A stretch of 64,000 nt of DNA from an uncultured Gemmatimonadales bacterium (GCA_963708135.1 OY970192.1:4416001-4480000), one strand, 5' to 3'. Counted from the first letter of the stretch, positions 31,156-43,331 are shown. Numbers and translations: made by a program. Notes: a model not told the origin generated them from the letters alone.

Positions 31156-31995
31156 TTAGCGGCGCGGGCCGAACCAGGCGCCGGCCGAGATCAGGACGCC
31201 GCTGCTCGGGCTGCTGGGGCGGTAGCCCTTCAGCCACTCGAGCCGCACCCAGCGTCGCCCGCCGAACCGCGCTCCCAGGCGTACCTCGCCGAGCGGGAGG
31301 TTCCCGCGGATGACGCGGTACTTCAGGCCATCCTCCTGCCCCAGAAGCTCGACAACGGATGTGAGGGCATGCCAGCGGTACTGGAGGTGGGCGGCGTACG
31401 CCCATTCGTCGGATTGCTCGAAGAAGGAGAGCCGGGTGCCATTGATGCTCACGCCGTTCTCGACTCCCGCCAGGAAGCCGCCGCGGTGGTAGGCGAGGCC
31501 GGCGAGGGCGAAGAAGTCGGTCTGGTCGCGCCCGATCCCTTTGCGGTTGTTCGTCGTCGGCAGCCGGGTCCCGAACCGCAGCGTGCCGAGGAACGGCCAG
31601 CGCTCCGGCGTCAGCCGCACCGCCGTCTCGACCCGGAAGTCTCCCGCGTCAACGCGCGGCTCCCCGGTCGGCGGAAAGGCGCCACCCGTCGTGTCCGCGT
31701 ACACGGACTGGTCCACGAAGCGCCGCACCATTGTCCCGGAGCCCTCCAGCGTCACCCTGCCGCTCCGCCAGAGCAGCCGGAAGTTTCCCCACTCCGTGAG
31801 CCGCCCCTCCGTCCCGGCCAGCTGCAGGTGCTGCCCCGACTCCGTACCGACACCCAGCTCTGCCATCACAACGCGGCCCTGCAGGAACGCCTCCCATTGC
31901 ACGGCGTCCAGCGGCCGGAGCTGCGCCCGCGCGGGCGCGACGCCGCAGGCGAGGAGCGCGAGCGCCGTTGCGACGCGCGGAAGCAGCCCGCGCAC
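31156..31995 (-). CDS. Secreted, outer-membrane beta-barrel-like hypothetical protein; start uncertain
   Basis: Signal peptide ...APARAQ, DAGDFRVET, FGTRLPTTN, amphipathic strands. Confidence 0.65.
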   Translation of the reverse strand: MRGLLPRVATALALLACGVAPARAQLRPLDAVQWEAFLQGRVVMAELGVGTESGQHLQLAGTEGRLTEWGNFRLLWRSGRVTLEGSGTMVRRFVDQSVYADTTGGAFPPTGEPRVDAGDFRVETAVRLTPERWPFLGTLRFGTRLPTTNNRKGIGRDQTDFFALAGLAYHRGGFLAGVENGVSINGTRLSFFEQSDEWAYAAHLQYRWHALTSVVELLGQEDGLKYRVIRGNLPLGEVRLGARFGGRRWVRLEWLKGYRPSSPSSGVLISAGAWFGPRR

Positions 31996-32252
31996 ATCCT
32001 CGCCGATCTGTACGCGAACCTGCGCAAACTCTTGAAATCTCACGTTGTTATGCACCCAGTTGGCCGTGGCAAGTCGGACTGGGCCGCAGCCGCCCGTCAC
32101 ACCACGCCTGAACGTGCCCGAGAGGGTTCCTGAGGGGGCACAGAACTTGTTTCCTGGACGGGGGGTGTGGATGGGTCGAATCGGGCGGAAATATCAGCCG
32201 GCCGACACGGCGATTGGTATTGGGACAAGAGAGAAAGCGACGGGTTCAACAT

Positions 32253-32654
32253 ATGTTGAAAAGGTCGATTCAGATGATGGCGGCGCTGACCGCGTGCGTG
32301 GCGGCCGCAGCGTGCGCCGCGAGTGCCTCGATGGGCAACGACTACTCCATGCAACCGGCCCCGGGGCTGGCCTCCACGGTGGTGCACGTGGAGAACAACA
32401 ACTGGGCGGACATGGACGTGTTCGTGGTTCGGCAGGGTCTGCGGGCGCGGATCGGCACGGTGACGAGCATGAGCGCGGCCGATCTGAGGGTGCCGGAGAC
32501 GTTGCTCGGGCCGGAGGGCGATCTTCAGCTGATGGTGGACCCGATCGGGTCGAGCCGGTCGTTCATGACGCAGCCGATGATGGTCTCGCAGGGGCAGCGA
32601 GTGCGGTTCCGGGTGGAGAACAACCTCGCGCTCTCGAGCTACACCGTGCGCTGA
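32253..32654 (+). CDS. Hypothetical lipoprotein (small beta-sandwich)
   Basis: Lipobox-like AAAC; beta-rich VHVENNNWADMDVFV; followed by a terminator hairpin. Confidence 0.7.
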   Translation: MLKRSIQMMAALTACVAAAACAASASMGNDYSMQPAPGLASTVVHVENNNWADMDVFVVRQGLRARIGTVTSMSAADLRVPETLLGPEGDLQLMVDPIGSSRSFMTQPMMVSQGQRVRFRVENNLALSSYTVR

Positions 32655-32678
32655 AGCGGCGGGACGGGTGGTGGAACG

Positions 32679-32711
32679 CGGCGGGCGCCCCGGCCGGGGC
32701 GCCCGCCGTTT
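32679..32711 (+). terminator. 13-bp hairpin plus short U tract
   Basis: CGGCGGGCGCCCC-ggcc-GGGGCGCCCGCCG-TTT. Confidence 0.6.
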
Positions 32712-32743
32712 ATGTGTCGGGGGAGCGGCGCCTGGGCTTCGGC

Positions 32744-33526
32744 TCACGGCGCCGTTCCATCGATCGGCCGCGGCGGCGGTCCGCTCGGGTCCGCCCCGCC
32801 CGATTCCCGGCCGCGGCGGATGATGAGCGCGATCCAGCCGATGACGCCGATGGCGGCGAAGCTGAACCACTGGATCGCGTAGCTCAGGTGCGGTCCCTCG
32901 TCGAGGGCGGGCGGCGGGAGGCGGTGGGGCACGACGGGCGCGCCGGGCTCCGGCAGCTGCTGGAGGTAGAGGGGCGAGAGCGGATAGGGGAAGCTGCCGC
33001 GCAGAGGCCCGGCGTCGATGCGGTACCAGACGCGGCGGAAGGTGTCGGCGGCGGCCTGCTCGCGTCCGGCGGGCACCGGCAGCAGGAGTCCGGCGACGTC
33101 GGCGCCGCCGGGTCGCACGAAGCGCCCCGGCGGCACGGCCGCGGCATCCTCAGCGGGCACCCACCCCATGTTGACGAGGAGCGCGCCGCCGCCGGGGAAG
33201 CGGAGCGGCACGAGGAGGTAGACGCCGGGGGTCTCCCGGAAGCTGCGGCCCGCGAGCACGATGGCGTGCGCGGGGTCCCACCGTCCGGCGGCCCGCACGC
33301 GTCGGTACTGGAGTCCCGCCGTATCCGCGGGCGGGCCTGCGAGGGTCATGGGCGGCGCGGCCATGCGCGCGGCCACGACGCGGTTGTGGATGCGGCGCTC
33401 GTGGAGCCGGTGCAGCTGCCAGATGCCGAGACGAACGCACACCGCCGCGACGAGCAGGACGATGGCGGTCGCGATGACGCCGCCGCGCGTAACGCGGAGC
33501 GGCGAACGTTCCTCTTCCCGTTCCAT
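32744..33526 (-). CDS. SURF1-family protein (cytochrome oxidase biogenesis)
   Basis: LGIWQL.R, YRRV...G, LVNMGWVP, HLSYAIQWFSFA. Confidence 0.9.
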   Translation of the reverse strand: MEREEERSPLRVTRGGVIATAIVLLVAAVCVRLGIWQLHRLHERRIHNRVVAARMAAPPMTLAGPPADTAGLQYRRVRAAGRWDPAHAIVLAGRSFRETPGVYLLVPLRFPGGGALLVNMGWVPAEDAAAVPPGRFVRPGGADVAGLLLPVPAGREQAAADTFRRVWYRIDAGPLRGSFPYPLSPLYLQQLPEPGAPVVPHRLPPPALDEGPHLSYAIQWFSFAAIGVIGWIALIIRRGRESGGADPSGPPPRPIDGTAP

Positions 33527-33625
33527 GATGGGCACAGGCTAGCGAACGGCGGGGGTGTAAGCAAACCGCCGAAGGGGCGAGGCTGTCTCGCGGGGGGGGG
33601 TTCTTCGCGCGAGGAGGCTTCGTCG

Positions 33626-33892
33626 CTACCGGGAGACGAGCGTGGCGGGCCGCGCCGGGCGCGCCTGGACGAAGCGGGCCCAGCCGCGCTCGAAGCGCAC
33701 CACTCGTCCATCCGGGCCCCGCAGGAACAGGTGCGCTGCCGTGGTGGCGGCGCAGCGCACGGCGACGCCCTCCTCGAGTCCCAGGTCGGCGCAGATGCGC
33801 CGGAGTCCCTCGAAGAGGATCCCGCAGATGACCATCGTCTGGCCCGGCGCGATGGCCGCCAGGCTCGTGCCAGGATCGCTTCCGTCCGCCAT
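33626..33892 (-). CDS. Small FeoA/SH3-like protein (88 aa)
   Basis: SLAAIAPGQTMVI...LRRICADLGLEEG..V pattern; GGAGGAG SD. Confidence 0.55.
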   Translation of the reverse strand: MADGSDPGTSLAAIAPGQTMVICGILFEGLRRICADLGLEEGVAVRCAATTAAHLFLRGPDGRVVRFERGWARFVQARPARPATLVSR

Positions 33893-34146
33893 GGCCGCTC
33901 CTCCCGGGCCGCCGAGCTGGCGGCCGTGCTGGAGAAGGTAGCCTGCCGGCGCGACCGTTGGGGATCGAGGCGGTAACGCGGAGGTAAAGGGGCGCGGCCG
34001 CCGCGGGTTCGGGGGGGAGCGGCGCGCTGGCGTGCCCGTGGGCCCACGGGCTCCGTGGGAGCGCCCGCGTCGCCCTTGCCGTGCGCGTGCCGTGCCGATC
34101 ATCGTACGGGCATCCCTCGCAGCCGAGCCCGATCCCCGGAGGAGCC

Positions 34147-35805
34147 ATGGATGGCCTCATGATGGACTACCCGCTCACGATTCCCGCCCTGCTGCGGCGG
34201 GCCGAGACGCTGTACGGCCGCCGGGAGGTCGTGAGCCGGCTGGCGGACCGCAGCCTCCATCGCTACACGCTGGGCGAATGCCTGGTGCGCGCCCGTCGGC
34301 TGGGCGCGGCGCTGCGGCGCCTGGGGGTGGCGGAGGGGGACCGGGTGGCGACCTTCGCGTGGAACAACTACGCGCACCTGGAGGCGTACCTCGGCGTGCC
34401 GTCCGTGGGGGCGGTGGTGCACACGCTGAACATCCGGTTGCACGCGGACGAGCTGTCCTACATCGCCTCGCACGCGGGGGACCGCGTGGCCATCGTGGAC
34501 GCCTCGCTGCTGCCGGCGTTCGAGGCGTTCCGGCGGCGGGCGCCATTTGAGCACGTGATCGTCTACGGCGACGCGGGGGAGACCGCGTCGCATTCCCACC
34601 TCGAGTACGAGGCGCTGCTGGGCGCGGAGGCGAAACCGTCGGGGGAGTGGCCGGAGCTCGATGAGCGGTCCGCCGCCGTGCTCTGCTACACGTCGGGGAC
34701 CACGGGGCGGCCGAAGGGCGTGCTGTACTCGCACCGGGCGCTGATGCTGCACTCGCTGGGCGCGATCGCGGCGGATGGCTTCGGCTTCGGCCCCGCGGAC
34801 ACGGTGCTCCCGGTGGTGCCGATGTTCCACGCCAACGGCTGGGGGTTGCCGTTCACGGCGCCGCTCGTGGGCGCGAAGCTCGTGCTGCCGGGGCCCTTCA
34901 TGGACCCGAACAGCCTGCTCGAGCTGATCGAGCGGGAGCGGGTCACCCACGCGTTCGGCGTGCCCACGATCTGGAACGGGATCCTCCAGGCGCTCGACGC
35001 GGCTCCCGGGGCGCGGGATGTGTCGTCGCTCCGGATGATGGGGGTCGGCGGCTCGGCCGTGCCGCGCAGCATGATCGAGGCGTTCCAGGAGCGGCACGGG
35101 CTGCGCGTGACGCAGGGCTGGGGCATGACGGAGACGTCGCCGATCGCTTCGGTCGCCGCGCTGCCGGCCGAGCTGCGCGACGCGCCCGCCGCAGAGCGCT
35201 ACACCTACCTAACCCGGCAGGGGATGCCGCTGCCGTTCATCGAGATCCGCGCCCGCAACACGGAGGGGCTGGTGCCGTGGGACGGCGAGACAGCCGGGGA
35301 GCTGGAGGTGCGGGGGCCGTGGATCGCGGCGTCGTATTACGACAGCCCCGAGTCGGCGGACCGCTTCACCGCCGACGGATGGTTCCGTACGGGCGACGTG
35401 GTGACGATCGACAAGCACGGCTCGATCCTGATCACCGACCGGATCAAGGACCTGATCAAGTCGGGCGGCGAATGGATCAGCTCGATCGCGCTGGAGAATG
35501 CGCTCATGGGGCACCCGGCGGTGGCCGAGGCCGCCGTCATCGCGGTGCCGGACGAAAAGTGGTCGGAGCGCCCGTTGGCGGCCGTGGCGCTGCGTCCCGG
35601 CAAGAGCGCGAGCGCGCGCGAGCTGCGCGCCTTCATCGCCCCGCAGTTCCCGGCCTGGTGGCTGCCGGAGCGCTTCGAGTTCGTGGACGAGATCCCGCGC
35701 ACCTCGGTCGGCAAGTTCCTGAAGTCGGCGCTGCGGGAGCGCTTCGCGGGGGGCGAGGCCGCCCCCGTCCCGCCGCCCTCCGCTACTTCAGCTCGCGGAC
35801 CCTGA
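34147..35805 (+). CDS. Medium/long-chain acyl-CoA ligase (DmdB/AlkK-like)
   Basis: YTSGTTGRPKG, VVPMFHAN.WG, GWGMTETSP, WFRTGD, DRIKDLIKSGGEWISS, PRTSVGK. Confidence 0.92.
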   Translation: MDGLMMDYPLTIPALLRRAETLYGRREVVSRLADRSLHRYTLGECLVRARRLGAALRRLGVAEGDRVATFAWNNYAHLEAYLGVPSVGAVVHTLNIRLHADELSYIASHAGDRVAIVDASLLPAFEAFRRRAPFEHVIVYGDAGETASHSHLEYEALLGAEAKPSGEWPELDERSAAVLCYTSGTTGRPKGVLYSHRALMLHSLGAIAADGFGFGPADTVLPVVPMFHANGWGLPFTAPLVGAKLVLPGPFMDPNSLLELIERERVTHAFGVPTIWNGILQALDAAPGARDVSSLRMMGVGGSAVPRSMIEAFQERHGLRVTQGWGMTETSPIASVAALPAELRDAPAAERYTYLTRQGMPLPFIEIRARNTEGLVPWDGETAGELEVRGPWIAASYYDSPESADRFTADGWFRTGDVVTIDKHGSILITDRIKDLIKSGGEWISSIALENALMGHPAVAEAAVIAVPDEKWSERPLAAVALRPGKSASARELRAFIAPQFPAWWLPERFEFVDEIPRTSVGKFLKSALRERFAGGEAAPVPPPSATSARGP

Positions 35806-36595
35806 TGTTGCGGAAGGCGACGTTGAAGCCGTGGTCCTGGAGGTCGATGTAGCCGCTGTCGGCATTCCCGAAGCCGGGCCACTGGTGGAACTTGCTGTCG
35901 GCGACGCGCTTGTCGAAGTCGCCGCTGCCGAGCACGTACTCGGCGGCCTTGACGCCGTTCAGCCAGTGCTCGACGTGCCGGTCGTGCACGATGATGCGGG
36001 CGTGGTTCCACCGCCCGGCCGGCCGCGCGAGGTGGCCGGGGATGGCGTAGAGCCCGAAGACGGAGCCCGCCGAGGTGAGCAGCGACTTGCCGTCCGGGTA
36101 GTTCGGGTCGTCCAGCAGCTGGTACTCCGGCCCCGTCTCGTACGGCGCGTCCGCCGTTTCCAGCACCCGGTACATGACGCCGCTGTTGCCGCCGTGCTGG
36201 ATCTTCCAGTCGAACGCCAGATCGAAGTCGTGGTACTTCTTCGTCGTGACGAGATCCACGGCCTCGTTCTCCGCGCGCGGGCTGCCGGCCGCTGCGCCCC
36301 CGATGGTCGGCACGCACGTGAGCGTCCCGTCCACGACCCGCCACATGGCCGGCACCGACTTCATGCGGTAGCCGCGCCAGCCGGCGGTGGTCCGGCCGTC
36401 GAACAGCAGGACCCAGCCCTCGGCCTTCTCTTTCGCGCTCAGCGCGTTCAACGGCCCCTGTGCTCCGGGGCCGGGGCGGGCGAGGGTGCGCTCGGCGCCG
36501 AGCGCGGATGCGGCAGGGCCGCTGCCGGCCGCGAAGGCCGCGGCGGCCACCAGGACGATCGGACCGGCCGAGATGGCCGCCAAGCGATGCCTCAT
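35783..36595 (-). CDS. Secreted DUF1080 protein (3-keto-glycoside hydratase-like)
   Basis: GWVLLFDG, NSGVMYR, GPEYQLLDD, WN..RI, EHWLNG, LQDHG.NVAFRNIRVREL. Confidence 0.9.
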   Translation of the reverse strand: MRHRLAAISAGPIVLVAAAAFAAGSGPAASALGAERTLARPGPGAQGPLNALSAKEKAEGWVLLFDGRTTAGWRGYRMKSVPAMWRVVDGTLTCVPTIGGAAAGSPRAENEAVDLVTTKKYHDFDLAFDWKIQHGGNSGVMYRVLETADAPYETGPEYQLLDDPNYPDGKSLLTSAGSVFGLYAIPGHLARPAGRWNHARIIVHDRHVEHWLNGVKAAEYVLGSGDFDKRVADSKFHQWPGFGNADSGYIDLQDHGFNVAFRNIRVRELK

Positions 36596-36621
36596 GCCTC
36601 TTCTCTCCCGTGGCTCGTGAA

Positions 36622-38730
36622 TTACCAGATGTGCGGCACCAGCGAGTCGGGGCGCACCATCGCGTCTCCCGGCTTGCAGCCGAAGGCCCTGGCGAAGGCC
36701 GCCATGTCGGATAGCGGCCCGTTCACGCGCCAGTGCTCGGGGGCGTGCGGGTCGACCATCACGCGGTTGCGTAACGCCTCGGGGCGGTAGTGGACACGCC
36801 AGCTCTGGGCGTAGCCGAGGAAGAAGCGCTGCTCCGGGGTGAAGCCGTCGATCGGGCCGGGGCGCCCGTCGCGAGCGAGAGCCCGCTCGAGGGCGTCATA
36901 GGCGGTGAGCAGGCCGCCGTAGTCGGCGATGTTCTCGCCAAGGGTGAGGCGCCCGTTCACGTGGATCGTGTCGACCTGGACGTAGCCGTCGAACTGCTTC
37001 ACCATCAGGGCGGCCTCACGCGAGAAGTGGGCGGAGTCCGCGTCCGTCCACCAGTCGCGCAGGTTGCCCTCGGCGTCGTAGTGACGTCCCTCGTCGTCGA
37101 AGCCGTGGGTCAGCTCGTGCCCGGCCCAGCTGCCGCCGAGGGAGCCGTAGTTCGCGCCGTCGTCGGCCTGCGGGTCGAACGTCTGCGGCTGCAGCGCGCC
37201 GGCGGGGAAGACCATCTCGTTCTTCGAGGGGTCGTAGTAGGCGTTCACGGTGGGCACGGTCATGTCCCACTCGGTCGTGTCCACGGGCTGGCCGGGCCGG
37301 TCAACCGTGCGGCGCCACTCGAAGGCCGCCGCGTTCTCGAGGTTCGAGATGAACGGGCCGGACCCGACGTCGAGCGCGGAGTAGTCCCGCCAGCGGCTCG
37401 GGTAGCCGATCTTCTCGTGCAGGTGCGCCAGCTTGTCCAGCGCCTGCGCGCGGGTGCTGTCCGACATCCAGTCCAGCCGCTCCAGCCGCTGGCCGAAGCT
37501 CGCCTTGATGTCCTCGATGACCGCGGTGGCCTTCGCCTTGGCCTCGGGCGGGAACGTCTTCTCCACGTATGCCTCACCGAGCGCCTCTCCCATCATGCGG
37601 TCGGTCACGCGCAGGCAGCGCTTCCAGCGCGGCAGCATCTGCTTCGCGCCCGAGAAGCGGGAATTGAAGGCGAAGTCCTCCTCGGCGAACGGGGTGCTCA
37701 GCCAGGGCGCCGCCTCGGACAGCGCGTGGTAGCGCAGGTAGGCGCGCCAGTCCGCGAGCGGGCGGTCGGCGAGCAGCCGACTCACGCGCCGGAAGAACGC
37801 CGGCACTGCCACGTTCACGCGCGTCACCGCCACCGTGAGCCCGATGCTGCGGAAGTAGGCCGGCCAGTCGATGGCGGGTGCGAGCGTGTCGAGGGCTGCG
37901 GCGGGCATCGGGTGGTCCGTGGCGGCCGGGTCGCGCCGCTCGACGCGGCGCAGCGACGCGCGGGCGAGCTCGGTCTCGAGCGCGAGCACGCGCGCCGCGT
38001 CGGCGCGGGCGGCGGCGTCGCCTTCCCCGGCCAGCCCGAGCAGCCGCGCCACGTGGGTCAGGTACGCCTCCCGCAGCGCCCGCGCGGCGGAGTCCGTCTT
38101 CGTGTAATAGTCGCGGTCCGGCAACCCCAGCCCACCCTGGTCGAACGCGGCGATGTAGTGCTCGGCGTCGTGCGGATCGACTTCCGCGCGGTAGCGGAAG
38201 GCGACGTTGGCGCCGCTCCGCTGCAGCGCCGCGATGCGGTCCACGAGAGCCGCCCGCGACGTGATCGCGTCGATCCGGGCGAGCACCGGCCGGATCGGCG
38301 TCGCGCCGGCGCGCTCGACGGTCGTGGAGTCCATGCACGTGCCGTAGAACGTGCCGAGCTTCCGCTCCGTGCCGCCCTCCGGCAGCGAGGGCGCGCGCGC
38401 GACCGCGTCCTCCAGCACCGCCCGCACGACGAGCTCGTTGCGATCGCCCATGTCGCGCCCGACGCCCGACGAGGAGTACGCCGCCGGGATCGTGTCGTGC
38501 GCCAGCCAGGCGCCGTTCGCGAACTGGAAGAAGTCCGTGCACGCGCCGGCGGAGCGGTCGATGTCGCTCGGATCGACCACCTTCAGCTTCGGCAGCGTGA
38601 CGCCGGGCTTGTCGCCCGCCTGGGCGGCCGCGGGTGCGCGGACGAAGAGAGGGCCGAGGACGGCGGCGAGCGCGAGCGCGGCGGCGGCGCCCGGGCGCGC
38701 GCGACGGCCGGGAAGTCTGATCACGGTCAT
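36622..38730 (-). CDS. Secreted M13-family metallopeptidase (PepO/neprilysin-like)
   Basis: CTDFFQFANGAW, GLGLPDRDYY, VNAYY, HELTHGFDD, GENIAD, DPHAP..RVNG. Confidence 0.93.
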   Translation of the reverse strand: MTVIRLPGRRARPGAAAALALAAVLGPLFVRAPAAAQAGDKPGVTLPKLKVVDPSDIDRSAGACTDFFQFANGAWLAHDTIPAAYSSSGVGRDMGDRNELVVRAVLEDAVARAPSLPEGGTERKLGTFYGTCMDSTTVERAGATPIRPVLARIDAITSRAALVDRIAALQRSGANVAFRYRAEVDPHDAEHYIAAFDQGGLGLPDRDYYTKTDSAARALREAYLTHVARLLGLAGEGDAAARADAARVLALETELARASLRRVERRDPAATDHPMPAAALDTLAPAIDWPAYFRSIGLTVAVTRVNVAVPAFFRRVSRLLADRPLADWRAYLRYHALSEAAPWLSTPFAEEDFAFNSRFSGAKQMLPRWKRCLRVTDRMMGEALGEAYVEKTFPPEAKAKATAVIEDIKASFGQRLERLDWMSDSTRAQALDKLAHLHEKIGYPSRWRDYSALDVGSGPFISNLENAAAFEWRRTVDRPGQPVDTTEWDMTVPTVNAYYDPSKNEMVFPAGALQPQTFDPQADDGANYGSLGGSWAGHELTHGFDDEGRHYDAEGNLRDWWTDADSAHFSREAALMVKQFDGYVQVDTIHVNGRLTLGENIADYGGLLTAYDALERALARDGRPGPIDGFTPEQRFFLGYAQSWRVHYRPEALRNRVMVDPHAPEHWRVNGPLSDMAAFARAFGCKPGDAMVRPDSLVPHIW

Positions 38731-38996
38731 GATGTCCGAGCTCGATGAAGTCTCGTGCGACGCCGATGGATCGCCTTGCGCGCGTATCATAACCCGCCCG
38801 GCGCGGCGCCGCACGGGCGCGGCGCCCGCGCGGACGGACGGATCTTCGGCGCGTGGGACCGGTACGCAGATGTAGCGGACCGGCGCGCCCGCCGGCTCCG
38901 GCGGCCGGCCGGCCGCAGGTGGGGCAAAGCCCAACCGGCAGGGGATTTGCGGCGGGGCCGGTGTTTTCCTCATTCGGCGCGGAGTAGCGTAGCGGT

Positions 38997-40363
<1,367 letters not shown>

Positions 40364-40367
<4 letters not shown>

Positions 40368-41905
40368 GCGTCGCCGCGAAGCTCGCGGGGGCGTTCGGCT
40401 TCCTGGCGCTGCTGCTCGCCGCGATGATGGCGTACCACATCTCCACGACGCGGCAGGCGGTGGCCACGAGCTACGAGCTCTCCGCGATCTTCGCCCGCCT
40501 CCAGCTCGCCTCCACGCGCCAGCTCGACCCGATCGACGCGGCGGCCAGCAAGTACTGGGTCACGCGTGATCCCGGCTACCGCGCCAAGGTCGAGGAGACG
40601 AGCGCCGCGTTCGAGGCGACGCTGCGCCGGCTCGCGGCCGACTCCCTCACGCTGCCCGAGCGCGCCGCGGCCATCCGGCTCGCCGCCTCCTGGCGGGTGT
40701 TCCGCCCCGAGGAGGCCCGCTTCGAGGCGGCCGTCGCCGCGGGCGACGAGGCCGCCGCCGGCGCCGCGCTCGCCTCGCTCCGCCAGCGCCTCTCCGAGCT
40801 GGACGGCCGGCTGCGCCGCCTCGGTGACGCCTCGCGGGACGCCGCGATCCGGCGCCTGGCCGAGTCCACCGCGGCCGCGCGCGCCGCCGCGCGCGTGTCC
40901 CTCGCCGCCATCCTCGTCGCGCTGCTGCTCGGCGTGCTCGTGGCGGGCGGCATCGTACGCTCGATCGCCCGCTCGCTGGGCCGGCTGCGCGACGGCACCC
41001 GCGAGGTGGCGCAGGGCAACTTCGAGTACCGGATCGAGGCAGGTCCGGAGCAGGAGCTCGCGCAGCTCGCGCGCGACTTCAACCGCATGACGGCGCGGCT
41101 GGGCGAGCTCGACCGGATGAAGGAGGACTTCCTGTCCAAGGTCTCGCACGACCTCAAGACGCCGCTCGCCTCGATGCAGGAGACCACCCGGATCCTGCAG
41201 GACGAGATCCCGGGCCCGCTCACGCCGAGACAGCGCCGCCTGCTCGAGCTCAGCCACCAGACCGGCGAGCGGCTTTCCGCCATGATCGGCAAGATCCTCG
41301 ACCTCTCGGCGCTCGAGGCCGGCACGATCCCGCTCGAGCTCCGGCGCACCGACCTGGCCCGGCTCGCCGCGCGCGCCATCGAGAGCGCCACGCCGGCCGC
41401 GGCCGAGCGCGGCATCTCCCTCGAGGCGGACCTCCCCGAAGCCCCCCTCCTCGTCGAGTGCGACGCCGACCATATCCTGCGCGTGCTCGACAACCTGCTC
41501 GAGAACGCCGTCAAGTTCTCCCCGACCGGCGCCGCCGTCGAGGTCGGGGTGGGCAACGGTGCGCAGCCGCTCGGGCCGGAGGCAGGCGGCCTTGCAGGCG
41601 ACGCGGCCGCGGGCGGCGTCGCCTTCGTGTCCGTGACGGATGCCGGGCCGGGCGTGCCGGACGAGGACAAGGAGAAGATCTTCGAGCGCTTCTACCAGGC
41701 GGCGGGCGGACGGGGCAGCCGCGGCCGCGGCGTCGGCCTCGGCCTCACGATCTGCCGCGAGATCGTCGAGGCCCACCACGGCGCGATCTGGGTGGCCGAC
41801 GGCGAGGCGGGCGGCAGCGTCTTCCGGGTCGCCCTGCCGCGCGCGGGCCGGACGGCCGGGCGGGAGGTGTCGCACCCCCGTACCCCCATGACCGCAGGGA
41901 GCTGA
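40364..41905 (+). CDS. Sensor histidine kinase (2 TM, HAMP, HisKA, HATPase)
   Basis: [32 protein letters not shown] overlap. Confidence 0.95.
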
Positions 41906-41908
41906 GCC

Positions 41909-42502
41909 ATGCGAGCCTTCCGCATCGCGGCCATCCTGGCCCTCGCGGCCGCGGCCGGCTGCGCGACGACACAGCTCGAGCGGCGCTTCGACGAGGGCCG
42001 CTACCAGGATGTTGCAAGCCTCTTCGACAGCGATCCACATCTCTGGGCCGACGAGGGGGCGGTCTACCGCGCCATCATCGCCCGCGTGCTGCCGGAGAGC
42101 CCGGCCTACGCGCCGGTCCGCGCCCGCACCGACATCCGCAGGTATCTCCAGCTGTTCCCGGACGCGAAGCACGCCCCCGAGGCGCGCCACCTCTCGCAGC
42201 TCGTGGGCGAGGTGCTCCGCCTCGACACGGCGGGAAGCGCGTGCGCCAGCACCGCGGGCCGACTGGTCGCCGACACGGCGGAGCTCCATGCGCGGCTCGA
42301 CTCCCTGACGCGCGTGGTGGCCGTGCAGCGCGAGCAGTTCGACTCGCTCCGCACGGCCACCCAGGCCGAGGCCCGCCAGCGCGACGTGCAGATCCGGGGG
42401 CTCCAGGACGAGCTGGACCGCCTCAAGGCGATCGACCTCGGCTCGCCCCGCCGCCCCCCGCACGCGGCCCCGCCCGACACCACCGCGCCCGGCCGCTCCT
42501 GA
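41909..42502 (+). CDS. Helical/coiled-coil lipoprotein (QseG-like position and shape)
   Basis: Lipobox AAGC; helical N-domain; C-terminal coiled coil ending LQDELDRLKAIDL. Confidence 0.7.
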   Translation: MRAFRIAAILALAAAAGCATTQLERRFDEGRYQDVASLFDSDPHLWADEGAVYRAIIARVLPESPAYAPVRARTDIRRYLQLFPDAKHAPEARHLSQLVGEVLRLDTAGSACASTAGRLVADTAELHARLDSLTRVVAVQREQFDSLRTATQAEARQRDVQIRGLQDELDRLKAIDLGSPRRPPHAAPPDTTAPGRS

Positions 42503-42586
42503 CGCGACCCGACCGGAGCCTGGACGCGGACCGCTCGCGCGGTGCGTTCCGGCTCCGGCCGAGAGGAGCGGCCGGGCCCTTCCGGC

Positions 42587-43150
42587 CTAGTTGGAGCCGG
42601 CGTCGGCCCCCGTGATCGACACCTTGCCCGTGCAGGTCCCGTTCGCGCCCTGCAGCTGGACCGTGTAGTCGCCCGGCTTGGCCACGCTCGAGTTCAGGCT
42701 CAGCCACACGACCTGCGGCGCGTGCTCGTCGGCGTTTGCAGCCGCCGGCGCCGCCGGCTGCGCCGCGACCGGATTCGCGTTCGACTTGGCCGCCGCGTGC
42801 GCCGCCGCATCGCTCGCCGGCGCCGCCGCCGGCTTGCTCGCGGGCTCGGTGGCGCTCGCCGCCGCCTGTCCGCTCGCCTGGTCCGCCGGCGCCAGCGCGA
42901 CCTGCACGCCACTGCCCTCCTCCTGAACCGAAACCGCGCTCACATCGCCGATCGACTGCGTGAGCGCCGCCCGAAGCTGGAACGCGTCCTTCTGCACCTT
43001 GAGCGCTTGCGGCGCGATCGTCGCCGAGCAGGCCGGCTGCTGCGCCGCTGCCTTCGCGGGCTCCTGCGCCGCGAGCGCGCCCGCCATCATCAGGATCCCC
43101 GCGCCCGCGGCGAGGGTCGGCGTCAGAAGCTGCTTGCCGTGTCGCATCAT
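42587..43150 (-). CDS. Secreted Ala/Pro-rich beta-sandwich-like protein with a Cys pair
   Basis: GGGAGG SD, signal peptide ...ALAAQ, CSATIAP...PGDYTVQLQGANGTCTGKVSI. Confidence 0.75.
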   Translation of the reverse strand: MMRHGKQLLTPTLAAGAGILMMAGALAAQEPAKAAAQQPACSATIAPQALKVQKDAFQLRAALTQSIGDVSAVSVQEEGSGVQVALAPADQASGQAAASATEPASKPAAAPASDAAAHAAAKSNANPVAAQPAAPAAANADEHAPQVVWLSLNSSVAKPGDYTVQLQGANGTCTGKVSITGADAGSN

Positions 43151-43216
43151 TCACTGCCTCCCGTGTCTCGATGTCGTTGCCTCGGCGGTCTCGCCGCCGG
43201 CTCGACCGGTCCGGAA

Positions 43217-43331
43217 GGCAATCGGCGTACCCGCCGCAGGTGGGAGGTTAAGTTGTTGTGGCGTGGACTGTTAGTTGACTACTGCCAGAAGCGGCCGGCC
43301 ACCGGTCGGCAGGGAACCGGGAAATTTTCCC
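43217..43331 (-). promoter_or_regulatory. Sigma54 promoter plus IHF-like site plus candidate enhancer dyad
   Basis: GGGTACG-CCGA-TTGCC (43232-43217); CAA-N4-TTA within 43249-43273; GGGAAA-T-TTTCCC (43319-43331). Confidence 0.65.

Noticed and set aside
32136..32151. GGGCACA-GAAC-TTGTT as a sigma54 promoter for the 32253 lipoprotein
   Set aside because: Deviant -12 box and no clear adjacent dyad; too weak to list.
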